Positions 41,178 through 51,219 of a stretch of DNA of 64,000 nucleotides are shown piece by piece. Source of the stretch: a virus; the IMG/VR virus record IMGVR_UViG_3300042691_032784, positions 17,153 to 81,152 of that record. The stretch is one strand, 5' to 3'. How positions within the stretch are numbered: the stretch's first letter is position 1; the number at the start of each line of letters is the position of its first letter. The position numbers were made by a program, and so were the translations under genes. Under the pieces are notes generated by a model. The model was not told the DNA's origin. It ran no database searches and saw only the letters and a program-made list of their open reading frames with translations.

Positions 41178-41403
41178 GGGGTCTTTATTAGGGTGGGTTC
41201 ACGTATACGGGGTTAACTATATATTCCTATTAATCCACATACAACTCCTCCTCCAACAATCAACTCCATCAAACTAACCTCCTCCTAAACCAACATCACC
41301 AAATCTAACCAAACTAATCCTACCAAAACCTCATCAACTTAACCAAATAAAACCTTTATCAACATTACAAACTTTTACAACTCTACCATCACTACTAAAA
41401 AAA
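41178..41403 (+). other. G-quadruplex motif (41178-41212) followed by a 191-nt G-free tract
   Basis: GGGG-N9-GGG-T-GGG-N11-GGGG, then no G until 41404. Confidence 0.7.
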
Positions 41404-41716
41404 GTTATATTAGTGAGTTACTATACAGCATTAACATATTAACTACTATTACCATTATCACCACTATTAAAAATTTTGTTAATATTATGTTAAAATATTA
41501 TTAATTATTTGTATATTACATTTTATTTATTATATTAAGATTATATAATACTAATTATTAATCAATAAAACAAATATATATATATAATTTAACAAAAATT
41601 TAACAATTAAATATAGTCGATTTAAGAGATTTTTCCCCTTAAATGATAATGTTGTTGTCGAGTAAAAAATTATTAAATAGACGGTCTGAAAATGCCTATA
41701 TATCAATTATTATTCA

Positions 41717-41724
41717 TATATTTG
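41717..41724 (+). promoter_or_regulatory. Candidate -7 element (TAnnTTTG) upstream of the structural gene block
   Basis: TATATTTGTA, identical to the -7 region at 25795; no canonical -33 element. Confidence 0.35.
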
Positions 41725-41839
41725 TAATTGAATATAAAGTATTTTTATATAAGGTATTAATAATACTGGTTATATTGTTAATATAACTTTTTTTAGTAAA
41801 GATACTATTAGTAATAATGAACAACAAAATAATAATGAT

Positions 41840-42358
41840 ATGAAAGAAACAATTAATCCTATTAATGTTAAAGTTCCTCAAGAACTTATTAACTATCGTC
41901 TTCAAGCTAAATCTATATTAGCTTTTTGTACTAATCAAGCTTATGCTAATAATCAAAAATTTTCATATAGTATTGAATTTAAAAAAGGAGAACAAGCTAT
42001 CACTTATGATAATGTAAATTATATTAAACATTATTATACTTTTAGTTTAATACTTCTTAATAAAAATACAAGTATTATTGGTCAAAGAATTGAATTATAT
42101 GTAACACACTACCCAATTTCTATGGGGGAAAATAGTATTACTTTAGAAAAATTAGCATATAAAGATTTCTTTACTAATGCTATTGCTTCTCTTATTAATA
42201 ATACTTATGCTATGTATATAAATTCTTTACAAAAAGATTTAGTTAAACCAGAAGATGTAACTTCTGAAGATGCTGAAAGAGAAGCTGCTATTATTAAAAA
42301 TAGAATTGAATCAGGTATTACTGAAGAAGAAAAACCAAAACTTATTATAACTAAATAA
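41840..42358 (+). CDS. Hypothetical protein, first gene of the late block
   Basis: 172-aa ORF. Confidence 0.7.
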   Translation: MKETINPINVKVPQELINYRLQAKSILAFCTNQAYANNQKFSYSIEFKKGEQAITYDNVNYIKHYYTFSLILLNKNTSIIGQRIELYVTHYPISMGENSITLEKLAYKDFFTNAIASLINNTYAMYINSLQKDLVKPEDVTSEDAEREAAIIKNRIESGITEEEKPKLIITK

Positions 42359-42364
42359 ATTATT

Positions 42365-42817
42365 ATGGCTTTAGATAATACTATGATAGAAATCTTTACT
42401 ACTGTTAAGAAAGAAGTAGAAGAAAAATTTGGTATAGTTTTATCAGTAGAAGAAATTCATTCTGTTTGGCATACACAAGTTGAAGCTTTTAAATATGCTA
42501 TTATTAAAGGTTTAACTATTAATTTTTTTAGATTTGGTAAATTTGTTGATGTTAAACGTAAAGAAACTGCTAAAGAATCTACTAAATTTGTTTCTAGTTT
42601 ATCTGTTTTTAAAGAATTATATCCTGAATTAGATGAAGTAACTCTTAGAAAACAATATGCTATTATTAAAGCTAAACAAAAAGCTGAATTTTTAAAAAGT
42701 AAAACTAGAGTACAAGGTATGAGTGTTAATGAAGTTTTAGATACTCCAAATAAAGGTACATATAATCCATTATTTTTTAAAGTTATTAATAAAAAAATAA
42801 TTAAACCAAATGAATAG
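42365..42817 (+). CDS. HU/IHF-like DNA-binding protein (divergent)
   Basis: Helical N-terminus, then INFFRFGKF resembling the HU/IHF FG-F strand; IHF-like genes are known in crAss late modules. Confidence 0.55.
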   Translation: MALDNTMIEIFTTVKKEVEEKFGIVLSVEEIHSVWHTQVEAFKYAIIKGLTINFFRFGKFVDVKRKETAKESTKFVSSLSVFKELYPELDEVTLRKQYAIIKAKQKAEFLKSKTRVQGMSVNEVLDTPNKGTYNPLFFKVINKKIIKPNE

Positions 42818-43511
42818 AGATAATAGTAATAGTATATTTAGTATTAATGAAAGAGGTTTATTAGAAATTAACAAACCTGAAGCTAGAGAAGTACCTGAAT
42901 ATAAAGCTCTTATTGCTAGAGATAAAGGTTCAGAAGGTGATGCTGATGGAAAAAAGAAGTTAAAAGCTTTTTTAGAGTTATTATATATTTATTTAATTTT
43001 AGACCCTAGAAGTATGTATTATAATTTTTCTATTCAAGAAAGAAGAGAAAAAGCTGTTAAACATTGTGGTCTTAAATCAGGAACTAAAGCTGAATGGAAA
43101 GAAGATGATTTAATTAGACAAGCAATGATTAGATATGAAATGGATTTAAAATTAGATTCTACTGCTAATGCTTATCTTGCTGCTGAAAAAAATCTACATA
43201 ATACTGCTGAAAGTATTCATGATATTCAAAATAGTTTAGCTGATTTAAAAAGACAAACTAAAAATTTTATTAATAAATTATCTATTCAAGGAGAAGGAGG
43301 ATTAGGAGATGTAGAAAGAATTAATAATATTACTCAAGTTAATGCTTTATTGAATGAAATGATTAAAATTCAATTAGATACTAATAAAATTATTAAAGAA
43401 CTTCCTAACATGGATGAAATCAAAAACAAATTATATGCTTCTTATGCAGAAACAGGAGGAAGTAAAAAATTAGTTATTGGTAATCGTGAATTAGGTAATA
43501 GAGAATTATAA
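42810..43511 (+). CDS. Conserved crAss-like protein, candidate terminase small subunit
   Basis: Position upstream of TerL; LIARDK...ELLYIY...DPRS; helical. Confidence 0.5.
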   Translation: MNRDNSNSIFSINERGLLEINKPEAREVPEYKALIARDKGSEGDADGKKKLKAFLELLYIYLILDPRSMYYNFSIQERREKAVKHCGLKSGTKAEWKEDDLIRQAMIRYEMDLKLDSTANAYLAAEKNLHNTAESIHDIQNSLADLKRQTKNFINKLSIQGEGGLGDVERINNITQVNALLNEMIKIQLDTNKIIKELPNMDEIKNKLYASYAETGGSKKLVIGNRELGNREL

Positions 43512-43514
43512 AAT

Positions 43515-43862
43515 ATGGTACCATTAATTTTAATGCCTGTTAAAGTTATAAATAATATAACTAATAAGTTTAATGGAGATATAGTTATTAAAGCTATTTC
43601 ATTAAATATTGCTGTTATTAAAAGTATTTCAGAAGATGAAGATAGTGGTCATGCTAATATTGAACTGTATAATAATATGTCTGACGTAGAAAATCCTAAT
43701 ATTAAAACTGCTATTCCTTTTATTACTTTTATTAATCATTTAAATAATATGCAATTAGTAGATTTTACTTTTTATAATTATTGTATGTCTTATAGTGATG
43801 CTGTAGATGATTATATTAAAAAAGGAATAGAACTTAGTAAACAACAAGACCTTAATAAATAA
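43515..43862 (+). CDS. Hypothetical protein
   Basis: 115-aa ORF. Confidence 0.65.
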   Translation: MVPLILMPVKVINNITNKFNGDIVIKAISLNIAVIKSISEDEDSGHANIELYNNMSDVENPNIKTAIPFITFINHLNNMQLVDFTFYNYCMSYSDAVDDYIKKGIELSKQQDLNK

Positions 43863-43866
43863 TAAA

Positions 43867-44802
43867 ATGGAAAATATATTATTTAATGAAGCAGAACATA
43901 AATATTATGATACAGAAGGAAAAATATATACTTCTGTAACTACTCTTATAGGTCAATATACTAATACTTTTGATGAAGATTTTTGGGCTATTTATACTGC
44001 TTTAAAAGAAAAGAATTTTAAAGTTAAACCTCAACCTGAAGTTAGACAAATTTATGTAAATAATGTTTTATTTAAATCTGATGATTTAATTAGAGATGCT
44101 AGATTTAAAAATTGGTATGATGAAATTAAAGCTAGATGGAAAAGTATTAATTTTGAAGCTTGTGAAAGAGGAAATAATACTCATAATGAATTAGAATTAG
44201 GTATTAATCAAAGTAAAGGAGATTTGTTTGGTTTAACCAACAACAACATATCTTCTAAGGGGGATAAAGTTTTAGCTACACAACATGATTTAGATAATAC
44301 TATTATTAAATCTAAATATCCTGAAGTTTATATTAGACTTTCTGGATATATTAATAATGGTTTTTCTATATTTGCTGAAAAGAAAGTTTTTCTTAAAGAA
44401 TTTTTATTAGCAGGTATGATTGATGTTCCTTTAGTTAAAAATAAACATTTTTGTATTCTTGATTGGAAAACTAATAAAGATGAACTTAAAACTAAAGCTG
44501 GATATTATAAAAAGTCTAAAATTGGAAATACTTGGGTTAAAACAGATATATTTGTTGAAACAGGAGAATGTTTTAAGTTTCCTCTTAATCATCTTGAAGC
44601 TAGTAAATTTAATATTTATTCATTACAACTTAGTACTTATGCTTATATTCTTGAACAATGGGGATATATATTAGTTAATAATGGACTTGAAATAATACAT
44701 TTTCCTTTAGGTTCTTCACCTAAATTAATTAAAATTCCTTATTTAAAAAGAGAAGTAGAAATTATGTTAAATCACCATAAACAAAATATATTATGCAATT
44801 AG
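43867..44802 (+). CDS. PD-(D/E)xK nuclease
   Basis: F-E-EHKY, SVTTLI, GNNTH, AGMID...ILDWKTN, YSLQLSTY. Confidence 0.85.
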   Translation: MENILFNEAEHKYYDTEGKIYTSVTTLIGQYTNTFDEDFWAIYTALKEKNFKVKPQPEVRQIYVNNVLFKSDDLIRDARFKNWYDEIKARWKSINFEACERGNNTHNELELGINQSKGDLFGLTNNNISSKGDKVLATQHDLDNTIIKSKYPEVYIRLSGYINNGFSIFAEKKVFLKEFLLAGMIDVPLVKNKHFCILDWKTNKDELKTKAGYYKKSKIGNTWVKTDIFVETGECFKFPLNHLEASKFNIYSLQLSTYAYILEQWGYILVNNGLEIIHFPLGSSPKLIKIPYLKREVEIMLNHHKQNILCN

Positions 44803-45257
44803 GTTTATTTATAACACTAGATAATACATTAATTACTACTAGAAGTGGTAGAACTCATGCATTACATAGTGAAGATTGGAAATTTATTTCTGAAACTATT
44901 TATGCTATAAAAGATTATTATGATAAAGGTTATAAAATTTTTATTATTTGTAATCAATTTCAAATATCTCAAGGATTTACTCCTAAACTTGCTTTTGTTA
45001 AAAAATTAGAAGATATTATTGAAACTATTGAAAAAGATTTAAAACTTAAAAAAAATTCTATATCTTACGATTATAATATTGAAGAAGGTTTATATAGAAC
45101 TTTACCTAATCCTGGTATTATTTATGAACTAGCAACTGATTTTGAAATAGATGTAGTTAATTCTATTTTAATAGGAAGTTGTTATGCTGATAAACATACA
45201 GCTATTAATTCAGGAATAAAAAATTATATAACTGTTACTGATTTAGTTTATAATTAA
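44793..45257 (+). CDS. HAD IIIA (PNKP/GmhB-like) phosphatase homolog with degenerate active site
   Basis: FITLDNTLI, IICNQ, PNPG, IGSCYAD. Confidence 0.75.
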   Translation: MQLGLFITLDNTLITTRSGRTHALHSEDWKFISETIYAIKDYYDKGYKIFIICNQFQISQGFTPKLAFVKKLEDIIETIEKDLKLKKNSISYDYNIEEGLYRTLPNPGIIYELATDFEIDVVNSILIGSCYADKHTAINSGIKNYITVTDLVYN

Positions 45258-45267
45258 ATAAAATTAT

Positions 45268-47553
45268 ATGAGAGCAATTACTTCACAAGCTTTTAATATT
45301 GTTAATTCTTTATCTGAGGAGACTATTAATAATTTAAGAACTCCTAATAATATTCATGTATATAGAACTCCATATAAAGAAGTTCCTTTACAGGCTATTA
45401 ATGTAGATACTGATAAGCTTACTATGTTTAATGCAGAAGATATTGCTTTTGTTAATACTTCTGGTTTTACAGAAACAGGTAGGAATTTTATTAAAACAGG
45501 TAAATATACTAATGCTCATCCTAAATTTGATAAAAGAGAATATAATGCATTTTGGGATAGAGAAGAAGACCGTTGTAAAAATGGTATGAGTTTGCCTGGA
45601 AAATTAATGAAACGTGAAGATGGTACTCTATGTTTACAAAAAGTTCATATTACAGGTGAACATTATGGTTATCTTAATTTTGCTGAAATAAAACGTTCTA
45701 AAGAATTTGAAGTTAAAAAAGGAGCTCTTTATGGACCTGGTAGTGAATTACTTAATTCTACACATAATGGTGGTCATACTAAATCTTTTAGTTTACCTTC
45801 TTTTTGGGATGGAGATTATTACTTTTTTAAAGCTATTGAACTATGCAGACAAATTGGTAAACATTTAGTTGTTGGTAAAGCTCGTCGTAAAGGATATTCT
45901 TATAAAAATGGTTGGCTTGTTGCTAATTTAGCTAATTTTATTAGAAGAAGTACTTCTGTTGTAGGTGCTTATGATGCTGCATCTTTATTTGATGATGGTA
46001 CTATGGTTAAAGTAATGAATTACCTTAACTTTATTAATAAACATACTGATTGGAGTAAAGGTAGATTAGCTAATACATTAGAACATATAGAAATTGGATT
46101 TAGATATAAAGGAGATGAAGCTAAATATGGTTTCTTATCTAATATATATACTGCTGTTCTTAAAACTAATCCAGGTGGAATGAGAGGTAAAGATGCTGAT
46201 TTACTTCTATTAGAAGAAGCAGGTAAATGTCCTAATCTTTCTGCTGTATTAGATGCAACTCTTAAAACTCTTACTGACGGTGCTTTTATTACAGGTCTTA
46301 TGATTATATTTGGTACAGGTGGTGGTGAAGATAATTTATGGCAAGGTTTTGAAGATTTATTCTATGAATGTTATGCTAGAAATTTTGTAATGTTTAATAA
46401 TGTTTGGGATGATGAAATGGAAGGAACAGGATGTGGATTTTTTCATGCTTCTTATATGAATAAACCTGGACTTATTGATAAACACGGTAATAGTGATATT
46501 GCTGGTAGTTTAGCTTTTGATGATTTTGAAAAAAGTTTATTAAAAAATAGTCCTGCTAAACTTAATGCTCATGAAATGGAAGAACCTAGAAAACCTAGTG
46601 AAGCATTTAGTCGCTCTGTAAATAATATATTTCCTGCTAAAGAAATTAATGAACAATTAAGAAGATGTTTACATGAACCTTCTTTACAAGGTATTGGAAG
46701 ACAAGGTTTCTTTTTACAAAAAGAAGGAAATAAAATAGCATTTATAGATAATAATAATGCTAATGCTTATGAAAAACAATTTATTTATCCTGAATTAAAT
46801 AATTATCCTCTTAGACAAGAAGATAATGATTTAAGAGGTTGTTGGGTATTAGTAGAACAACCTTATAGAGATGCTAATGGTAATATTCCTGAAAATTTAT
46901 ATCATATTTGGAATGACCCTTTTGGTATTAGTAAAGAAAAAGGAGAATTTAAAATTAATAAAGATTCTTTAGCTTCTTGTTTTTTATATGAAGCTGCTAA
47001 TAATTTAACTCCAACTAAAGGAGATAGAATTATAGGTTGGTATCATGGTAGAACAGAAGAAACTAAAGATTATGATGAACAAATGTTTTTAGCAGCTTTA
47101 TATTTTAATGCTAAAATACTATTTGAAAATGATAGAGGTGATGTTTTTAATAACGCTAAAAATAGAGGACTTTTACATATTCTTAAAGAAGAAACTGAAT
47201 TTCAATTTCAAAAAGAATTAACTGGAGGCGGTAAAGGTAGAAAAAAAGGTATATCTATTGCTGCTAATATGAATAGGAAGGCTACCGGTGTTATATACCT
47301 TAAAGATTGGTTACTTAGTAAGCGTGGAACTGATAAAAACGGTAATCAATTACTAAATTTGCACTATATATATGATATAGGTTTATTAAGAGAATTACTT
47401 AAATTCACTAATAAAGGTAATTTTGATAGAGTTTCATGTGCTATTGTTGGTATGTTTGATATTAAAGAAACTTTATTTAAAAATATAGTACCAACTAATA
47501 CTGCTGTTGATGAAGAAGAAGATGAATATTTTAGAAATCCTTTAAATAGTTAA
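45268..47553 (+). CDS. terL: Terminase large subunit
   Basis: KARRKGYS Walker A, LLLEEAG Walker B, FGTGG, NDPF, ENDRG, NFDRV. Confidence 0.92.
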   Translation: MRAITSQAFNIVNSLSEETINNLRTPNNIHVYRTPYKEVPLQAINVDTDKLTMFNAEDIAFVNTSGFTETGRNFIKTGKYTNAHPKFDKREYNAFWDREEDRCKNGMSLPGKLMKREDGTLCLQKVHITGEHYGYLNFAEIKRSKEFEVKKGALYGPGSELLNSTHNGGHTKSFSLPSFWDGDYYFFKAIELCRQIGKHLVVGKARRKGYSYKNGWLVANLANFIRRSTSVVGAYDAASLFDDGTMVKVMNYLNFINKHTDWSKGRLANTLEHIEIGFRYKGDEAKYGFLSNIYTAVLKTNPGGMRGKDADLLLLEEAGKCPNLSAVLDATLKTLTDGAFITGLMIIFGTGGGEDNLWQGFEDLFYECYARNFVMFNNVWDDEMEGTGCGFFHASYMNKPGLIDKHGNSDIAGSLAFDDFEKSLLKNSPAKLNAHEMEEPRKPSEAFSRSVNNIFPAKEINEQLRRCLHEPSLQGIGRQGFFLQKEGNKIAFIDNNNANAYEKQFIYPELNNYPLRQEDNDLRGCWVLVEQPYRDANGNIPENLYHIWNDPFGISKEKGEFKINKDSLASCFLYEAANNLTPTKGDRIIGWYHGRTEETKDYDEQMFLAALYFNAKILFENDRGDVFNNAKNRGLLHILKEETEFQFQKELTGGGKGRKKGISIAANMNRKATGVIYLKDWLLSKRGTDKNGNQLLNLHYIYDIGLLRELLKFTNKGNFDRVSCAIVGMFDIKETLFKNIVPTNTAVDEEEDEYFRNPLNS

Positions 47554-47557
47554 TATA

Positions 47558-49861
47558 ATGATATTACCTCCACAAAAACTTTCTTATGCTGATAAAGTAA
47601 AAAGAAATGAAGTTACCGGAAAGAATAATATTGAAGAAACTGCTGATTATTATATTAGTCAATGTACTTGGGGAACTCAAACTACAGAAATTGCTAATTT
47701 ATATGCCGCTATTGAAGGTATTATTCATCCTAAAGAATATGAATATGTTCAAAATCCTTTTAACATAAAAAATAATGATGGTTCTTTACCTAATTATGGT
47801 GCTAGATTAAGAAATTATAATATACTTAAAGGTATTGCTAATTTATTAATGGGTGAATTTGGTAGAAGGAGTCATGAATATACTGTTTTTACTTTTAATC
47901 CTACTGATGAAGTAATATATAAAGATGGTTTATCTGTTTTAATTAAAGGTTATTATAGTCAACAAATTGCTAATGAATTAAAACAATTAGGATTAGATTT
48001 TGGACAAGAAGTTGTAGACCTTCCCCCCTTAGAAGAATATGTTCAAGGTTATAAAGATAAATATAATGATACTAGAGTTATATCAGGTCAAGATGCTATT
48101 GATTATATTAGATATAATTGTGATTTAGATAGTAGATATATTGATTTATATTGGGATTGGATTATAACTGGTAGAGCTTTTTCATTTAAAACTGTTAATC
48201 ATGATGATGTATATTGGGAACCTGTTCCTGCACATGAATTATTTATTCCTAATGAACAAGGTAGTAGATATGTAGAAGATAAATCTTTTGTAGTACGTCG
48301 TCAAATTATACCTATATTTAAAGTTGTTGATATGTTTAGGGGTAGAGTTCCTGAAGAATTAATTAATGATTTTGAAGCAGGAGTAGTAAAAGGATTTGAA
48401 GTAAATTTTACTGATATTCATGCTACTGGACGTAATGGTATTATTTCTTTACCTACTAATTATTTAAGTGCTAATTATACTAATGCTTTTGGTGTTAGTA
48501 ATTCTTCAGGTGTTGAATTATTTCATGTTCAATATAGAACTTGGAGAAAATATGGAGAACTTACTTATTTAGATGAATTAGGACAAGAAAGATTAATGGA
48601 AGTAGATGATACTTATATACTTGATAAAAAACTTGGTGATATTAGTATTGAATGGAAATATGAAAGTCAAATTATGGAAGTTTATAAGTGTCTTGATTAT
48701 TATCTTGATGCTAAACCATTAGAACCTAATAGAGCTGATTTAAATAGTAATGGTAGTCAAAAACTTTCTTATAATGGTATTATTGAAAGAAGTTTTACAG
48801 GTGAATTACAATCTATTATTAAAGAAGGATTACCTTATCAAATATTAGTTAATGTATTACATTATAATACAGAAAAATTAATTAATAAAAATAAAGATAA
48901 ATTAATGGTTATGCCTTATGGTTTAATCAATAAAAAAGGAGGAATGAATACTAAAAATACTATGTATCATGCTGATGCTACAAGTATTTTATGGGTTGAT
49001 GAAACTGCTCCTAATGCTTCTTTTGCTGCTCAAATGATTAAAGCGGTAGATATGGGTTTAGGTAATCATATTAGTACTACTATTGAAATAATGAAATTTA
49101 TTAAATCAGAATATTGGGAAGCTATTGGTATGAATGCTCAAAGATATGCTGATGTAGGTCAAAATGCAGGTAAAGCTGTAACAGAACAAGCTATTGTTCG
49201 TAGTGCTATTATTACATATGAACTTACTAGACAGTTTGATAAATTTATTGAAAAAGATTATGCAGGTTTATTAGATTATAGTAAAATAGCTTGGATTAAT
49301 GGTAAAAAAGCTAGATATATTAGAAGTGATGGTAGTTTAGCTTTTCTTAATATGACTGCTGAAGAAAGTTCTAATAGAACAGAAGCTAGTTTTGGAGTAT
49401 TTGTAAAAGATGCTTCACTTAATACAGAAGCTATTACTGCAATAAGACAACAAGCTATGAATCTTATTCAAAATAATGCACCTTATCAAAGTTTAAGTTC
49501 TATTTATAGTACTAATAATTTAAATAAACTTGATAAGATATTATCTAAGATGCAAGATTTAAAAAATCAGCAAGATATGTTGTTACAAAAACAACAAGAA
49601 GAAGCTCAAATAAAATTACAAGAACTTGTTAATGAAAATGATGAAAAGAATCGTGAATTAGAATATTATAAAATTGATACTGATTATGATAAAACAGTAG
49701 ATAGTGCTGAAATTAGAAGTAATAATAATAGTAGAAATGAAGAAAGACCTTCTAATGAAGTAGAAAGAAAATTAGCTGACCATAAAATTGCAAATGATAC
49801 TAGAAATGCTGATATAAAAGAAAAAGCTCTTAATATTAAAAAAAATAATAATAACAAATAA
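47558..49861 (+). CDS. Portal protein
   Basis: Follows TerL; 767 aa; LPPQKL start, YNILK...LMGE, GMNAQRY, coiled-coil C-terminus. Confidence 0.85.
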   Translation: MILPPQKLSYADKVKRNEVTGKNNIEETADYYISQCTWGTQTTEIANLYAAIEGIIHPKEYEYVQNPFNIKNNDGSLPNYGARLRNYNILKGIANLLMGEFGRRSHEYTVFTFNPTDEVIYKDGLSVLIKGYYSQQIANELKQLGLDFGQEVVDLPPLEEYVQGYKDKYNDTRVISGQDAIDYIRYNCDLDSRYIDLYWDWIITGRAFSFKTVNHDDVYWEPVPAHELFIPNEQGSRYVEDKSFVVRRQIIPIFKVVDMFRGRVPEELINDFEAGVVKGFEVNFTDIHATGRNGIISLPTNYLSANYTNAFGVSNSSGVELFHVQYRTWRKYGELTYLDELGQERLMEVDDTYILDKKLGDISIEWKYESQIMEVYKCLDYYLDAKPLEPNRADLNSNGSQKLSYNGIIERSFTGELQSIIKEGLPYQILVNVLHYNTEKLINKNKDKLMVMPYGLINKKGGMNTKNTMYHADATSILWVDETAPNASFAAQMIKAVDMGLGNHISTTIEIMKFIKSEYWEAIGMNAQRYADVGQNAGKAVTEQAIVRSAIITYELTRQFDKFIEKDYAGLLDYSKIAWINGKKARYIRSDGSLAFLNMTAEESSNRTEASFGVFVKDASLNTEAITAIRQQAMNLIQNNAPYQSLSSIYSTNNLNKLDKILSKMQDLKNQQDMLLQKQQEEAQIKLQELVNENDEKNRELEYYKIDTDYDKTVDSAEIRSNNNSRNEERPSNEVERKLADHKIANDTRNADIKEKALNIKKNNNNK

Positions 49862-49869
49862 TTAAAATT

Positions 49870-51180
49870 ATGGATGATAAACTAAAACCTATTGAAGGAC
49901 AAAGTGATAGCCCCATTCCTAGTCTTGGTGATATTATTGATGGTAATCCCATTATAAATACTCCACCTGCAACTCCACCTGCAACTCCACCTGCAAGTAA
50001 TAATAATACTCCTCCTAGTACTCCTCCTGATACAACACCTCCTTCTACGGGGGAAAATTTAGATACTTTTGAAGGAATAATTTCTGCTTTTACAAATGAA
50101 ACTATTTCAGATGATGCTAAAGGATTACGTTCTGAATTATTAAATATGTTTAAAGCAAGTAATATTGATAAACAAGGTAATCTTTTAAATGATGCTAATG
50201 AAGTATTATTTACAGCAGAACAAATAAAAGAGTATATTGAATCTGATAAATTACCTTTAAATGATAAAGGAGAATTAGTAAATTCTAAAGGAGAAGTTAT
50301 TAATATTACTCAGGAAGATTCTAGACCTATTGTAGATGTTATTAGAGAAGATTTAGGAGTACAATTAGGAATTGAATTACCTCAAGATTTTGTAGTAGAA
50401 GATAATTTAGAAGGAATTACTAAATTAGTGCAAGAAGCTATTAAAACTGCTAATACTAAAAGTATTGTTAATTTTTTAGATAGTAATCCTATTATGAAAG
50501 ATTTTTATCAACATTTAAAATTAGGATATAATCCTTCTGATTTTACTGCTGAAAATATTGATTATAAAAGTATTGATACTACTACATTAGATAATATTGC
50601 TAAATTAGATTTTATTAATAAATATTATAAAAAACAAGGAATTATAAATACTAGTAATTTACTTGAAGCTTTGAAAAAAGGAGGAGATGATGTAGTTAAT
50701 GCTGAATTAACAACTGCTCTTACTTATTTAGATAATAAACAAAAAGAAGAAAGAACTAATAGAGATAATCTTTTAAAACAACAAGCTTTAGATGAAGCTA
50801 AACAAGTAGAAGATTATTGGGATAAAGTTAATAATACTATTACTAAAGGTAAACTTGGTAATATTAATATTCCTATTAAAGAAAGACAAGCATTTTTTGA
50901 TTATTTATCAAGACCTATTGATAAAGAAGGTAATAGTGCTGTTATGAAAGATATTGAAAATGAAGATTTAGAATTTCAATTAATGACAGATTTTTTAAGA
51001 TTTAAAAAATATAATTTATCTGAATTAGTTGCTGTTCTTGCTAAAGAAAATAAAGTACTTAGTTTAAGAGATAAATTAGAAAAATCTAAAAAAGAATTTC
51101 AAACAGGAAAAGGTGTACCTACAACTGGAGGTTCTAATAGAGATACTAATGTACATCCTACTCTTGATACTATTGCTTAA
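49870..51180 (+). CDS. Putative capsid scaffolding protein
   Basis: Between portal and MCP; acidic, with TPPA repeats (12 bp x3 at 49960-49995) and coiled coil. Confidence 0.65.
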   Translation: MDDKLKPIEGQSDSPIPSLGDIIDGNPIINTPPATPPATPPASNNNTPPSTPPDTTPPSTGENLDTFEGIISAFTNETISDDAKGLRSELLNMFKASNIDKQGNLLNDANEVLFTAEQIKEYIESDKLPLNDKGELVNSKGEVINITQEDSRPIVDVIREDLGVQLGIELPQDFVVEDNLEGITKLVQEAIKTANTKSIVNFLDSNPIMKDFYQHLKLGYNPSDFTAENIDYKSIDTTTLDNIAKLDFINKYYKKQGIINTSNLLEALKKGGDDVVNAELTTALTYLDNKQKEERTNRDNLLKQQALDEAKQVEDYWDKVNNTITKGKLGNINIPIKERQAFFDYLSRPIDKEGNSAVMKDIENEDLEFQLMTDFLRFKKYNLSELVAVLAKENKVLSLRDKLEKSKKEFQTGKGVPTTGGSNRDTNVHPTLDTIA

Positions 51181-51219
51181 TATACTCTAAATTAATATTA
51201 ATTTTAAATTCAATTTATT

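Noticed and set aside
35390-41840. tRNA genes in the intergenic gaps
   Set aside because: No T-loop (GTTCRA-type) with cloverleaf seen on either strand by eye; a tRNAscan run would be definitive
29329-47553. Introns, inteins or homing endonucleases in polA, helicases or terL
   Set aside because: Genes are contiguous and of normal length; no intein, LAGLIDADG or HNH motifs seen
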